Source: Candidatus Campbellbacteria bacterium GW2011_OD1_34_28
Lineage (GTDB): Bacteria; Patescibacteriota; Minisyncoccia; Phycocordibacterales; UBA12079
Assembly (NCBI GenBank): GCA_001029775.1
Contig: CP011215.1
Coordinates: 274,685 to 338,684 of the forward strand
Direction of reading: 5' to 3'
DNA: 64,000 nt
The notes under the pieces were generated by a model. The model was not told the DNA's origin, made no database searches, and saw only the letters and a program-made list of their open reading frames with translations. Made by a program: the position numbers and the translations under genes. Positions within the stretch are counted from its first letter, which is position 1, and each line of letters opens with the position of its first letter. Shown here piece after piece: positions 19,064 to 29,200 of the stretch.

Positions 19064-19491
19064 AATATTTAGGAATAGACTATGGTTCAAAAAATGTTGG
19101 AATTGCTGTCTCTGATGTAGACGGTATTTTGGCTTTTCCTAAAACTGTTTTAGACAATGACAGAAACCTGTTAAAGAATATAAAAAAAATTATTAAAGAT
19201 GATAATGTCGGGGCTATTGTAATAGGAGAATCGTTAAATTTTTCAGGTGAGCCAAATGTTATAATGAAAAAGATAACACCCTTTAAAGCAGTTTTAGAAA
19301 ATGAAACTGGCTTGTCGGTGTATTTCCAAACAGAATTTTTCACCAGTAAAGAGGCGGATAGGGTGCAGGGAGAAAATTTGAAAGGTGTTCGTAAACAGGA
19401 TAGGCAAAAAGCAAAAGTAAGATTGGAAAAAAACGATGCCTCTGCCGCAGCGTTGATTTTAAGAAGTTATTTAGAAAAAAATAAAAAATAA
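19060..19491 (+). CDS. ruvX: Putative pre-16S rRNA nuclease / Holliday junction resolvase-like YqgF
   Basis: LGIDYGSKNVGIAVSD RNase H-like N-terminus. Confidence 0.8.
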   Translation: MKYLGIDYGSKNVGIAVSDVDGILAFPKTVLDNDRNLLKNIKKIIKDDNVGAIVIGESLNFSGEPNVIMKKITPFKAVLENETGLSVYFQTEFFTSKEADRVQGENLKGVRKQDRQKAKVRLEKNDASAAALILRSYLEKNKK

Positions 19492-19495
19492 AAAC

Positions 19496-19822
19496 ATGAT
19501 AAATATAGATGATTTTGCAAAATTGGAAATAAGGATTGGCGAGATTAAATCTGCCGAAAAAGTAGAGGGGTCTGACAGACTTTTGGTTTTTAAAGTAGAT
19601 TTGGGAGAAGAACAGACAAGACAAATTGTTTCTGGGGTAGCGGGATATTTTTCTGACCCTCAAGAATTGGTAGGCAGACAAGTGCCTGTTGTGGCAAATT
19701 TGGAACCGAGAACTATAAGAGGAGTTGAAAGCCAAGGAATGATTTTGTATGTGTCTGATGACGAGATTTTTACAACACTTAATCCAGGTCAAAAGATTAA
19801 AAATGGATCATTGGTTAAATAG
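19496..19822 (+). CDS. tRNA-binding domain protein (CsaA/Trbp111-like)
   Basis: EIRIGEI...DRLLVFKVDLGEE...IVSGVA...VANLEPRTIRGVESQGMIL. Confidence 0.75.
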   Translation: MINIDDFAKLEIRIGEIKSAEKVEGSDRLLVFKVDLGEEQTRQIVSGVAGYFSDPQELVGRQVPVVANLEPRTIRGVESQGMILYVSDDEIFTTLNPGQKIKNGSLVK

Positions 19823-19828
19823 TATTTA

Positions 19829-20419
19829 ATGAAAAACTATTTTAAAAATCTAAAAGAAAAAATGTCTCGTTGGGCGGTGTCTCATGTGGAGAGCGGAAAG
19901 GCAGATTTTTGGTTGGGTGCAGTTTCTTTTTCCGAAGCATCTTTTTTTCTTGTTCCGCCAGATTTGTTGTTAATCGCTATTTTGTCTACTAGTACTCAGA
20001 GGTGGTTTTATTATGCTTCTTTTACGACAATTTTTTCTGTTCTCGGCGGTTTCTTGGGTTATCTCATCGGAGCGGTATTTTTTGATGTTGTAGGAAAGAC
20101 AATAATTGATTTTTATGATCTTCAATCACAAGTAGATTTTATCGGGCAAAAATTTTCTGAAAACGCCTTTTTAGCAATATTTGTTTCTGCTTTTACACCT
20201 ATCCCTTATAAACTGTTTACTATCTCGGCTGGATTTTTCAAAATAAATTTTATTATCTTTGGTCTGGCATCTTTGTTTGGTAGGGGAATGAGATTTTTCC
20301 TCGTCGCTTTTTTTATGCACAAATTTGGAAAAAAGATGACAGACTTTTTCTTTAAATATTTTGATATTCTCTCTGTTGTCCTGGTTCTTGTCATCATTGC
20401 GATTTTTTACCTATTTTAA
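19829..20419 (+). CDS. YqaA/DedA-family membrane protein
   Basis: Four TM helices, FLVPPDLLLIA motif. Confidence 0.5.
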   Translation: MKNYFKNLKEKMSRWAVSHVESGKADFWLGAVSFSEASFFLVPPDLLLIAILSTSTQRWFYYASFTTIFSVLGGFLGYLIGAVFFDVVGKTIIDFYDLQSQVDFIGQKFSENAFLAIFVSAFTPIPYKLFTISAGFFKINFIIFGLASLFGRGMRFFLVAFFMHKFGKKMTDFFFKYFDILSVVLVLVIIAIFYLF

Positions 20420-20533
20420 AATAGAGGACGTTCGACGTCCTCCATTTTTCTAAAATTTTAATTTTTTTTGTCCCCTTAAATTGTGGATTTTTCGTTTAAC
20501 CTACGGTTTAATACCTGTTATAATTATCAACAA

Positions 20534-21676
20534 ATGAACAAAGACTTTTTTTTAAATCATTTCCCTGTGCCAAATTTTCTGAAGATGCCAGCTATTGGTT
20601 TTGATATTTCCGATGGATCGGTTCGTTATGTTGAATTGGTTGAAAAAAATGGCAAAAAAGTGCTGGGAAGATACGGAAGAATAAAGATGCCAAAAGGAAC
20701 AGTAGTCGACGGCGATATAAAAGACAAAATTAAGCTGGTAAACATCTTGAAAGAAATTAAAAAGAAAAATGATTTTAATTTTGTAAGAATTTCTGTTATT
20801 GAAAAAAATTCTTATATTTTCAAAACGGTTGTGCCTTACAAAAAGGGAGCGAGCCGAGACGAAATATTAGGAGCACTAAGTTTCAAACTAGAAGAAAATG
20901 TTCCTCTTTCATCAGAAGACGCCTTTTTTGATTTTGATGTCTTAACTGAAAAAGATGGGCAGATAGAAGTGGTTGTCTCTGCTTTGCCTAAAAAGATAGT
21001 AGAGCAGTTTCTAGAAGTTTTTGAAGCATCTGGTATGACTCCGATTTCTTTCGAGGTAGAGGCACAAGCCGTCGCAAGATCTTCTATCGCAAGAGGGGAT
21101 ATGGGAACAAATATGATCGTCGATTTTAGAAGCACCCGTGCCAGTATTTCTGTTGTTAGCGAGGGACTTGTACAGATGACTTCTACAATTGATGTTGGAG
21201 GAGACGATCTGATTGCTGCAATACAAAAATCTGAAAATGTAACAGAGGTAGAAGCTGAAAAAATAAAAAAAGAAAAAGGATTTAAGAGGGTTGGATATGA
21301 AGATGCCTTGTTTTATGCGATGATGAATACAATAACAGTTCTAAAGGATGAAATAAGCAAATATGTAATGTATTGGGCGACACATCACAGGAACGAATTG
21401 ATAGATAAAGACGCAAGGGGCAAAGTCTCTAAAATTATTTTGTGTGGAGAAAATGGTTCTTTGAGAAGTTTGGATGATTATCTTTCTCTAAGTTTGGGTT
21501 TGAATATAGAAAAGGCACTGGTTTGGAGAAATCTTTTTTCTTTGGACGAAGTTGTTCCAAATATGGATTTTTTTACATCGCTTGAATATGCGGCTGCGAT
21601 TGGTCTTGCAATGCGACACGATAACGATGTTTTTAGTTTTAATACTGTTAGTTTAGATAATTTAGAAAATGCCTAA
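20534..21676 (+). CDS. pilM: Type IV pilus assembly ATPase-like protein PilM
   Basis: Actin-like fold pattern; operon with pilN/pilO-like genes. Confidence 0.7.
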   Translation: MNKDFFLNHFPVPNFLKMPAIGFDISDGSVRYVELVEKNGKKVLGRYGRIKMPKGTVVDGDIKDKIKLVNILKEIKKKNDFNFVRISVIEKNSYIFKTVVPYKKGASRDEILGALSFKLEENVPLSSEDAFFDFDVLTEKDGQIEVVVSALPKKIVEQFLEVFEASGMTPISFEVEAQAVARSSIARGDMGTNMIVDFRSTRASISVVSEGLVQMTSTIDVGGDDLIAAIQKSENVTEVEAEKIKKEKGFKRVGYEDALFYAMMNTITVLKDEISKYVMYWATHHRNELIDKDARGKVSKIILCGENGSLRSLDDYLSLSLGLNIEKALVWRNLFSLDEVVPNMDFFTSLEYAAAIGLAMRHDNDVFSFNTVSLDNLENA

Positions 21677-22202
21677 TTTATTACCAGAAAAAAATAAAAA
21701 AGAGATAAGAAACGAATTTATTTTACGACTTTTGGTTGTATTTTTTGTTTTTGTTTTTTTTGCAATAACGATTTTTATTATTTCCCTCGTTCCTTCTTAT
21801 AACTTATCTGTTGTGAAGAAGACGATTACTCTTGAACAGGTAAATAGTTTAAAAGAGAGTGCTGGTATAGAGGAAGATATATTGTCGGCTAGTATTTTAA
21901 AAAATGAAAATGCAAAAGTTGCTGTTCTAAGTGCGGTAGACCAAAATAGTGCTAGCAAAATTATTGAAAAAATATTGGAAAAGAGACCGCAGGGAGTAAA
22001 AATTACCGATATTTTTTATGAAAAAAACGATGCAGGAGGAATAGATATTGTTGTTAAGGGTAATTCGTCGAGTAGAAATATTTTAATTGGTTTTGTTGAA
22101 AAACTTGAATTAGAAGAAGATTTCGAAAAAATAGATTTTCCTGTTTCCAATTTGGTAAAAGACGAATCAATGGATTTTTCGATAAATATTTATATTAAAT
22201 GA
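21669..22202 (+). CDS. pilN: PilN-like bitopic membrane protein
   Basis: Short cytoplasmic N-terminus, one TM helix, periplasmic domain; overlaps pilM. Confidence 0.55.
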   Translation: MPNLLPEKNKKEIRNEFILRLLVVFFVFVFFAITIFIISLVPSYNLSVVKKTITLEQVNSLKESAGIEEDILSASILKNENAKVAVLSAVDQNSASKIIEKILEKRPQGVKITDIFYEKNDAGGIDIVVKGNSSSRNILIGFVEKLELEEDFEKIDFPVSNLVKDESMDFSINIYIK

Positions 22203-22759
22203 AAAAGAGAAAAGAATTTTTAATCAAAATGTTGCTTGTTGTGATCATTGCCAATGTGATTGTTTTGGCGAGCATGATATTTTTCTACTCTATGATTAAG
22301 AAAACAAATCAGGATATTTTTGATTTGGAAACAGAATTGCTTGATTGGAGAAAAAAACAAACAGAATCAAGTTTGATAAACGACAATTTAGACGATACGG
22401 CACGAGAAAGATACAAAATAAATGCTTATTTTGTTAAGGGAGACAAGGTCGGAGTGGCAAATTTTATTGAAAATTTGGAAAATATTGGAAAAGTTTCTGA
22501 GGTGACTGTTGATGTGAGTGGCTTGTTCTTGAAAGATTCTGATAAGACAAATACAGAAGAGATAGTCGAGGTGGGTAGTATGGGGTTAAATTTGAAAATA
22601 ATGGGAAAATGGGAAAATGTAATTCATTTTTTGAAATTACTCGAGGTAGCGCCATATAGAATTACTTTTGAAAAAGTTTATCTTGAAAAAAATTCCGCCG
22701 AGAATTCTGTGGATTGGAATGGAGCATTTAATATAAATGTTATGAAGTTGTCTGAATAA
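22199..22759 (+). CDS. pilO: PilO-like bitopic membrane protein
   Basis: Single TM helix plus coiled-coil; operon position. Confidence 0.5.
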   Translation: MKKRKEFLIKMLLVVIIANVIVLASMIFFYSMIKKTNQDIFDLETELLDWRKKQTESSLINDNLDDTARERYKINAYFVKGDKVGVANFIENLENIGKVSEVTVDVSGLFLKDSDKTNTEEIVEVGSMGLNLKIMGKWENVIHFLKLLEVAPYRITFEKVYLEKNSAENSVDWNGAFNINVMKLSE

Positions 22760-22760
22760 T

Positions 22761-23087
22761 ATGAAAATAGATTTAAAAAACATTAATATACCAGATTTTC
22801 TAAGACTGAAGAATTTTAGCTTTAATAGTTTTTATGGTTGGTTTATTTTGACTATTATTTTTTCTTTTTCTGTTTTGGTAATTTTAGGATATTCTTTATT
22901 TTTCTTTTTAAAAATAGATGAGGGAAAAGCTTTTAGTTTTAGAACGGAAGAAACTTTGAAAGATAATTTTGAAAAAATAAACAAAAGTGAATTAATGAAA
23001 ATTATTTCTTCTTTTGATGCTAAAGAAATTGAATTTAATCTTCTACTTGAAGAATGTCCGTCAGAGATTATTGACCCTTCAATATAA
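22761..23087 (+). CDS. Small membrane protein (hypothetical, pilus operon tail)
   Basis: One TM helix; operon context. Confidence 0.3.
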   Translation: MKIDLKNINIPDFLRLKNFSFNSFYGWFILTIIFSFSVLVILGYSLFFFLKIDEGKAFSFRTEETLKDNFEKINKSELMKIISSFDAKEIEFNLLLEECPSEIIDPSI

Positions 23088-23163
23088 TATTGCTATATTA
23101 TGGCAGTCTATAGTTTTTAGAAGAAGTTTTTTGAACATAATAGTTTTTAAGGTTAGAATTGTA

Positions 23164-23172
23164 TGGTATAAT
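23164..23172 (+). promoter_or_regulatory. Extended -10 promoter (TGgTATAAT) upstream of the HNH gene
   Basis: ttgtatggtataat, 7 bp before the ATG. Confidence 0.35.
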
Positions 23173-23178
23173 CCTTGT

Positions 23179-23484
23179 ATGCCATATAAAAATAAAGAAG
23201 ACTTGTATAAGGCTCAAAAAAGACATCGTCTAAAAGTAAGAAAGATGTTGTTGGAATTTTTATCTACAAAAGAATGTGTTGATTGTGGAGAAAAAGATCC
23301 GATTGTCTTAGACTTTGATCATATAAATCAAAAAAATAAATTTAAGACCGTTGCTCAGATGCTGTCAGGGCATTATTCCTGGGAGTCTGTTAGTAAGGAG
23401 ATAAATAAGTGTGAAATAAGATGTGCCAATTGTCATAGGAGAAAAACTTATGTTCAATTGAATTATTTTGGAAAAACTAAATAA
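23179..23484 (+). CDS. Small HNH endonuclease
   Basis: CVDCGEK...LDFDHINQKNK...CANCHRRK (CxxC...DH...N...CxxCH). Confidence 0.65.
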   Translation: MPYKNKEDLYKAQKRHRLKVRKMLLEFLSTKECVDCGEKDPIVLDFDHINQKNKFKTVAQMLSGHYSWESVSKEINKCEIRCANCHRRKTYVQLNYFGKTK

Positions 23485-23489
23485 TAAAT

Positions 23490-23561
23490 GCTCCCATAGT
23501 TTAATGGATAAAACAAGAGACTTCTAATCTCTAGATTTAGGTTCGATTCCTAGTGGGAGCA
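23490..23561 (+). tRNA. tRNA-Arg (anticodon TCT)
   Basis: GCTCCCA acceptor, anticodon loop CTTCTAA, T arm GGTTCGATTCC, 3' TGGGAGC-A. Confidence 0.8.
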
Positions 23562-23632
23562 CAAAACGCCAAGACCAAAGCATCGCTTTGGTCTTGTTGC
23601 GTTTTGTAGCTCCCACTAGGAATCGAAACGAG
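23541..23632. repeat. ~90-bp palindrome formed by the tRNA-Arg 3' end and an inverted copy of it (23606-23630)
   Basis: ttcgattcctagtgggagc...gctcccactaggaatcgaa with an internal hairpin. Confidence 0.6.
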
Positions 23633-23803
23633 CGAAGTATATTTTTTCGTAGCGAAGCGGAGAAAAAATACGAGCGAGCGGGGCAGCGAGTTCTTAATAT
23701 TTTGAAGTCACGAGCTTGTCGAGTGACGAACAAAATATTTAAAACGGGCGTATCTTGACGAGAGTGTGGAGAGCACAATTTAAAAAAGCCCGACAAGCGG
23801 GCT

Positions 23804-24013
23804 TTATGCAAATTTTTTCTTATAGCAGTCATGGCATATGCCGTGACTGATTTCATCAAATTGAGAAGGGCAGTTGCCTTCTCTGTGGCAACGACACATA
23901 CATAGACTTGTGATATGAGCCGTTTTCCCATCACCGTTCTTTACCTCCTCTTTACAGCCGTATTGTTCCTTGCAGTACGAACAAACAGAGGAGAATACTC
24001 TCAGCTTTTTCAT
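23804..24013 (-). CDS. Small Cys-rich (Zn-binding?) protein, 69 aa
   Basis: Nine Cys/His in CxxC/CxC spacing; AAGGGG RBS; terminator at 23770-23800; lies inside the IR-bounded element. Confidence 0.4.
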   Translation of the reverse strand: MKKLRVFSSVCSYCKEQYGCKEEVKNGDGKTAHITSLCMCRCHREGNCPSQFDEISHGICHDCYKKKFA

Positions 24014-24334
24014 AATCGCGCCCCTTCATATTCATAGTAGTTTTTAAAGGTTTTTTATCTTTATATATTATATAATAGATTTATTAAATTGTAAAGGGTT
24101 GGTGTAAAAAACAAAAATTTCAACATTTTCGCGTTGGTTTGCGATGAGGGACTCGGTCGCCAGTTCTAAATAAAATTTTCGTTCTGCGAACTCAATTTTA
24201 TTAAGAACTCGCGACCCCGCTCGCTCGTGTTCGTCGGGCAAAGCCCTCCTCCATACTTCGCTCGGTTCGAGTCCCTCATCTTGCCTCAAAAACAAAAAAA
24301 CGACAATGTATGCACATTGTCGTTTTTTGTTTTG

Positions 24335-24407
24335 TGGGCGATGAGGGACTCGAACCCCCGACCTTCCCGGTGTAAACGGGTTGCTCTACCAACTGAGCTA
24401 ATCGCCC
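24335..24407 (-). tRNA. tRNA-Val (anticodon TAC)
   Basis: Reverse complement GGGCGAT...anticodon loop TTTACAC...GGTTCGAGTCCCTCATCGCCC-A. Confidence 0.8.
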
Positions 24408-24575
24408 AAATAAAACTATATTGGGTATTTATATCTTGATTTTCAAATTTAGTGGCAACCCACTTTCTTCAGCCATCCAAGTTAATCGCTCCTTAATAAC
24501 TTGTATATTATATTATTTATTTATTGTTGTAAATATAAAATAAGAGACCGATCGCACAGATGCGACCGGTCTTGT

Positions 24576-24926
24576 TTATTTGGAAAGGAGTTCGCGAATT
24601 TTACCGACAACCTCTTGCTTGATAACCGAGTGTTCACAACCTGCTTTTATCAGGATTTTGTTGTTGTCCGGATCTCCTGATATTGCAAGTATTTTAGAAG
24701 AAGGAAATTCACCAACAATTTTTTTGACTAGAACCACTGTGTTGTTTACAGAACCGTGTACTTCGCCATCAACGGCTACGAGGTCCAACCCTTCTTTGTG
24801 TTTGTTAAAAAGTTCTTGGCCTTGTTGCAGAGTTTCTGCGGTTAAAACAAAAGCAACATCGGAAAGAAGTTTTCTCCACATTTTGCTTAACACAACATAG
24901 TCCTCAATCACAAGAATCATTTTCAT
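24576..24926 (-). CDS. Stand-alone receiver (REC)-like domain protein
   Basis: ILVIEDYVV...DLVAVDGEV...ILAISGD pattern; AAGGAG RBS. Confidence 0.5.
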   Translation of the reverse strand: MKMILVIEDYVVLSKMWRKLLSDVAFVLTAETLQQGQELFNKHKEGLDLVAVDGEVHGSVNNTVVLVKKIVGEFPSSKILAISGDPDNNKILIKAGCEHSVIKQEVVGKIRELLSK

Positions 24927-25051
24927 AAAATCTCCTTTTATGTATGAAAAATTAATCAAATTTCTTATTTGAAAATAGTATAATAAAACAATTTTGTCAA
25001 ACAAAATAAAAACGGCGAAGCAGAGCCTCGCCGTTTTGTGTGCGATGTTTT

Positions 25052-25492
25052 TTATATTGTCGCACTTTCTTCTTTATTGGGAATGTCGATGACATCGTGA
25101 TTTCTCAGAGCCTCGACGATCTCTTCCACCATGTAGCCTTTGTGAGAAAATATACGAGTGCACCCCGCATTGTACATTTGAGCACCGAAATCTGGGTTTC
25201 CGGAAAAACCGACTAAGGGTTTTTCCCAACCGGATTCGCGTATTTCACGGATGAATCCAAGGGTCGCGGGCTCTCGGGCGTCTTCAATCGTGAAACTGGC
25301 AATACCAGATCCGACGAAAACCGCTTTGAGGGATTCGTGACACGAATCAAAGATATATCTCGCGTTTTCCACATCGGTTTCGCCGATGATTTTGATATCG
25401 TCGGAAAACATTTTAATCTTTGCTTTTGCCAGTTTGAGGATCTCCTCGTTGGCATCAACAACCAGCACGAAATTTTTTTCTTTTTCTTTCAT
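25052..25492 (-). CDS. Stand-alone REC-like (pseudo-receiver) domain protein
   Basis: FVLVVDANEE... fold pattern, but the conserved phospho-acceptor Asp is not evident. Confidence 0.45.
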   Translation of the reverse strand: MKEKEKNFVLVVDANEEILKLAKAKIKMFSDDIKIIGETDVENARYIFDSCHESLKAVFVGSGIASFTIEDAREPATLGFIREIRESGWEKPLVGFSGNPDFGAQMYNAGCTRIFSHKGYMVEEIVEALRNHDVIDIPNKEESATI

Positions 25493-25676
25493 CGTTTTTC
25501 TCCATAAAAAAGATTAGTATGAACAAAGATTTCTGACCGTAGAATACATATTTAAAACAAATTAGTCAAGGTTTGAAAAAATAGCCAAATCAAAAAGATG
25601 CAACACTTTGATTTAGAGATATAATAGAGTTATATTATTCAATTTTTTAAAATTTTTATAAAAAGAAAGAAGTTAA

Positions 25677-26396
25677 ATGAATAAGGATAAGATAGAAATA
25701 ATTTACGAAGATGAAAACATTTTGGCTATAAACAAGCCGTCTGGTTTGGTTGTGCATCCAGATGGAAAAACGACCGAGACGACTTTGGTGGATTGGATTT
25801 TAAAAAATTATCCCGAGATAGAAGATGTGGGAGAGCCTCTTATTTTGAGTACTGGGGAAATAATAAAAAGACCAGGGATTGTTCATCGATTGGATAGAGA
25901 GACATCGGGGATTTTGTTGATAGCAAAAAATCAAAAAACTTTTTTGTTTTTGAAAGAGCAATTTAAAGAAAGGGCTATCAAAAAAAGTTATCGTGCTTTT
26001 GTATATGGTGAGATGAAAATGGAAGAGGGAATAGTAGATAGACCAATAGGGAGAAGTAATAAAGACTTTAGAATGTGGAGCGCACAAAGAGGGGCGCGTG
26101 GACAAATGAGAACGGCGGTAACAGAATATAATGTCTTGGAAAGGGGAAATGGTTTTAGTTTTGTAGAGGCCAACCCAAAAACGGGACGCACTCATCAGAT
26201 TCGTGTTCATTTTAAAGCAATCAATCACCCGATTGTTTCCGATTCTCTTTATGCACCCAAAAAAGAAAAAGGGCTTGGTTTTGAGAGATTGGCTCTGCAT
26301 TCGTATTCTATAGAATTTTCTTTGCCTGAGGGTAAAAAAATAAAATTGGAGGCGGAATTGCCGCCAGACTTTAAAAAAGCGTTGAAACTTATATAA
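25677..26396 (+). CDS. RluA-family 23S rRNA pseudouridine synthase
   Basis: [12 protein letters not shown] catalytic motif. Confidence 0.8.
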   Translation: MNKDKIEIIYEDENILAINKPSGLVVHPDGKTTETTLVDWILKNYPEIEDVGEPLILSTGEIIKRPGIVHRLDRETSGILLIAKNQKTFLFLKEQFKERAIKKSYRAFVYGEMKMEEGIVDRPIGRSNKDFRMWSAQRGARGQMRTAVTEYNVLERGNGFSFVEANPKTGRTHQIRVHFKAINHPIVSDSLYAPKKEKGLGFERLALHSYSIEFSLPEGKKIKLEAELPPDFKKALKLI

Positions 26397-26439
26397 TTTA
26401 TTGCCAAATTTAGTGGCTTGTGATAAAGTATTGGACATT

Positions 26440-26994
26440 ATGAAGACAGATACTATAAATGTTTCACCGGTAAATATGGCAGACAGAAAAGCTTTGGGAA
26501 TCAAGGCGGGAGATACTGTTCGTGTTTGGGTGAAAATTCAGGAAAAAGGAAAAACTCGTTTACAGGCTTTTGAAGGTCTTGTTTTGGCGACAAAGCACGG
26601 AGCAGAAGCAGGAGCAACTTTTACAGTAAGAAAGGTTTCTTTGGGAGTTGGTGTGGAAAGAATTTTCCCTCTATATTCACCAAGTATTGATAAGATTGAA
26701 ATCGTTAAGAGAGCAAACGTTAGAAGAGCAAAACTTTATCACATTAGAGACAAAGTGGCTCGTGAGATCAAGAGACAAATGAGAAAAATGAGTTTGGTAA
26801 AAATTTCTTCATTGAGCGACGGGGAAGAAACAGATAGAATCGCAAAGGAAGAAGCCGAAGTTGAAGCCAAAGCTATGGCAGACAAGGAGGCAGAAGCAAA
26901 GGCAGAAGCTGAAGCAAAAGTATCAGAAGAAGCTAACACAGCTGACAACAACGAAACTGTTGCTGAAACTCCAGCAGAAGAAGTTAAAGAATAA
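26440..26994 (+). CDS. rplS: 50S ribosomal protein L19 with Ala/Glu/Lys-rich C-terminal extension
   Basis: [23 protein letters not shown]...[21 protein letters not shown]. Confidence 0.8.
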   Translation: MKTDTINVSPVNMADRKALGIKAGDTVRVWVKIQEKGKTRLQAFEGLVLATKHGAEAGATFTVRKVSLGVGVERIFPLYSPSIDKIEIVKRANVRRAKLYHIRDKVAREIKRQMRKMSLVKISSLSDGEETDRIAKEEAEVEAKAMADKEAEAKAEAEAKVSEEANTADNNETVAETPAEEVKE

Positions 26995-27147
26995 TAAAAA
27001 TAAAAAACGTCGCGACCTGAAAGGTCGCGATTTTTTTCTTGTAACTTATTACTTGCTACTTTATAATTGCGAGTGAGGATGTGTGAAAATTTATTTTCAC
27101 GACATCCGAGCGAAGCAATTATATGCTTTGCATATATTGTTTTCTAT

Positions 27148-27231
27148 GCTCAGGTGCGGAAATTGGTAGACCGGTACGCTTGAGGGGCGTATGTCTTTAC
27201 AGACGTGAGGGTTCGAGTCCCTCTCTGGGCA
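27148..27231 (+). tRNA. tRNA-Leu (anticodon GAG), type II
   Basis: Acceptor with two G-U pairs, anticodon loop TTGAGGG, long variable arm, T arm GGTTCGAGTCC. Confidence 0.7.
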
Positions 27232-27310
27232 CAAAGTCGTTGATATATTTTTTGTTTTAATATAGTATTCGTTTTAGGTTTGTATTATTAATTTTTTTAG
27301 GGAGAAAAAT

Positions 27311-27961
27311 ATGACAAAACCAAAGCTGTTAATTTTTGCCGCTGGTTCAAAAGACGGAGGGGGATCGGGTTTTAAAGAATTGGTTGAAAATTCCAAGTCT
27401 GGTATTTTGGACGCGGAGATTGTTGCCGTTGTCTCTAACCACGAGAATGGGGGTGTTCGAAAAATTGCTGACGAGTATGGTATAAAATTTATTTTGTTTA
27501 AAGGACCTTACACGGCCGAAGAATACCAAAAAATCGTACGAGAAACTGGTGCGGAATGGGTCTCTTTGTCTGGTTGGTTGAAACTTGTTTTGGGACTTGA
27601 TCCGAAAAGGACAATCAATATTCACCCAGGTAGAATTCCTCAATTTGGTGGAAGCGGAATGTATGGACATTTTGTTCACGAAGCTACCATTGAAGCCTTT
27701 AAGAGAGGCGAGGTAAAAACTTCTGCTGTGACGATGCATTTTGCAACAGAGATTTATGATGACGGTCCTGTATTTTTTGTTTACCCTGTTTGGATCATAG
27801 AAGGGGATACTGCCGAGATATTGGCACAAAGAGTAAACAAAATAGAACACGGCTGGCAATCCTATGTTACCAATTTGGTGGTTCACGAAAGAATTAGTTG
27901 GGACGGAAAAAATAGAAACTCTTTGAAGGTTCCCGACGGATATATTTTTCATCGTTTTTAA
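27311..27961 (+). CDS. purN: Phosphoribosylglycinamide formyltransferase-like protein
   Basis: NIHPGRIPQFGG (PurN HPSLLP-like) and VTMHFATEIYDDGPV... motifs; ~215 aa. Confidence 0.6.
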   Translation: MTKPKLLIFAAGSKDGGGSGFKELVENSKSGILDAEIVAVVSNHENGGVRKIADEYGIKFILFKGPYTAEEYQKIVRETGAEWVSLSGWLKLVLGLDPKRTINIHPGRIPQFGGSGMYGHFVHEATIEAFKRGEVKTSAVTMHFATEIYDDGPVFFVYPVWIIEGDTAEILAQRVNKIEHGWQSYVTNLVVHERISWDGKNRNSLKVPDGYIFHRF

Positions 27962-28116
27962 AATTTGAAGAGCGGGTCGCGAAGCGACCCGCTCTTTTGC
28001 TGTCTAAAAAACTAGACTATGTTAAAATAAATTGGTATAAATGAGTTCGCGGTTAATAATTTGAGGTTATTGGTTTTCTAAAAACTAATGACTAAAAGCT
28101 ATCAACTAATTAAACA

Positions 28117-28189
28117 TGGCGGTCATGGTGTAATGGTAACACTAGGGTTTGTGGATCCCTCAATCCGAGTTCAATTCTCGGTGACCGCC
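28117..28189 (+). tRNA. tRNA-His (anticodon GTG) with encoded G-1
   Basis: G-GCGGTCA acceptor, anticodon loop TTGTGGA, discriminator C, then a strong terminator hairpin at 28196-28246. Confidence 0.75.
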
Positions 28190-28293
28190 CACGAAAAAAC
28201 AAACAGCGACGAAAGGCAAAGCCTTTCGTCGCTGTTTGTTTTTTGTGTGAATTTTGGCTTCGCCAAAATTCACACCCTAATACTAATACTTTT

Positions 28294-29001
28294 TTAATAT
28301 TTCCTTTGTAAATACACGGTCACAGTTCTTCTCTTAAATGCTTTGCCATGTAACATATGTAGATGAGATTTTTCTATTTTACGAATTTCAAAAAAAGGGG
28401 AGAAAAACTTTTTTATCTCATCGGTCGTCCATGTGTGTTCTTGCACACCAATTCTTGGGTGAATATAAGATCCTTTTTCTTGAGAGGGATTTTTTTCTAG
28501 TAATCTTTTTGCATGCAGGTCTCCTTCGCGAAGAAAAGATTTAAAAAATAACCAACCATTTGGTTTTATTATTCTGTTTAATTCTTCAAGTAAAAACTCT
28601 CTTTCGCTTTCGTTTAGAAAATGTGAAGACATCATATCCAGCACTATGTCTGTGGACTCGTTTGGTAAATCAATTTCTCCTGCGATAGAGCGGACTTTCC
28701 ATTCTATGGAAGGGTTTGTTTTTTTTGCTTGGTTTATAGCTTCTTCTGAAATGTCGTATCCAACACCTTTTATATTAAATTGGTTTGTCATATAAACAAG
28801 ATTGCGACCATTACCACATCCCAGATCAAGAACAAGAGAATTTTTATCAAGAGTTGTTTCGGGTTCGTTTCTGTTTAACCACCTAAAGAATTTTAAAAGA
28901 TCCTCGGATGGTTTTACCGAGAGATTTAGATGTTCTCCTTTTTGATATTCTTTATTCCAGAATGTTTTAGAGCTTTTTCCTTTTTTATTATTTTTCTTCA
29001 T
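28294..29001 (-). CDS. Class I SAM-dependent methyltransferase
   Basis: Motif I LDLGCGNGRN. Confidence 0.7.
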   Translation of the reverse strand: MKKNNKKGKSSKTFWNKEYQKGEHLNLSVKPSEDLLKFFRWLNRNEPETTLDKNSLVLDLGCGNGRNLVYMTNQFNIKGVGYDISEEAINQAKKTNPSIEWKVRSIAGEIDLPNESTDIVLDMMSSHFLNESEREFLLEELNRIIKPNGWLFFKSFLREGDLHAKRLLEKNPSQEKGSYIHPRIGVQEHTWTTDEIKKFFSPFFEIRKIEKSHLHMLHGKAFKRRTVTVYLQRKY

Positions 29002-29200
29002 CGTCTTAAGTATAAACTAGAAGGGTTTTGGTGGAAAGTTTAGGTGTTACTTTTGTTTTTGTGAGCGTGTTTGACTTATTATCAGATAAGGGGTAGTATA
29101 TTGACATAGGCCCGAAAGGGCTTTTAAAAATGCTTTTAATTCCAATTTTTAATAATTGGGCTTCTGGTTAAAAGTTTAAAAATTTAAATTTTAGTATATT

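Noticed and set aside
23524-24439. ORFs 23524..23934(-), 24068..24295(-), 24227..24439(+)
   Set aside because: They overlap tRNA-Arg, tRNA-Val and the palindromic repeats, and lack an RBS. They are treated as non-coding, apart from the separately called 69-aa Cys-rich ORF.
25800-26504. Long antisense ORFs opposite rluA-family, purN-like, thyX and the 42059 gene (25800..26504, 27347..27952, 32046..32615, 42229..43239)
   Set aside because: They are shadow ORFs on the opposite strand of well-supported genes, with no RBS or recognisable motifs
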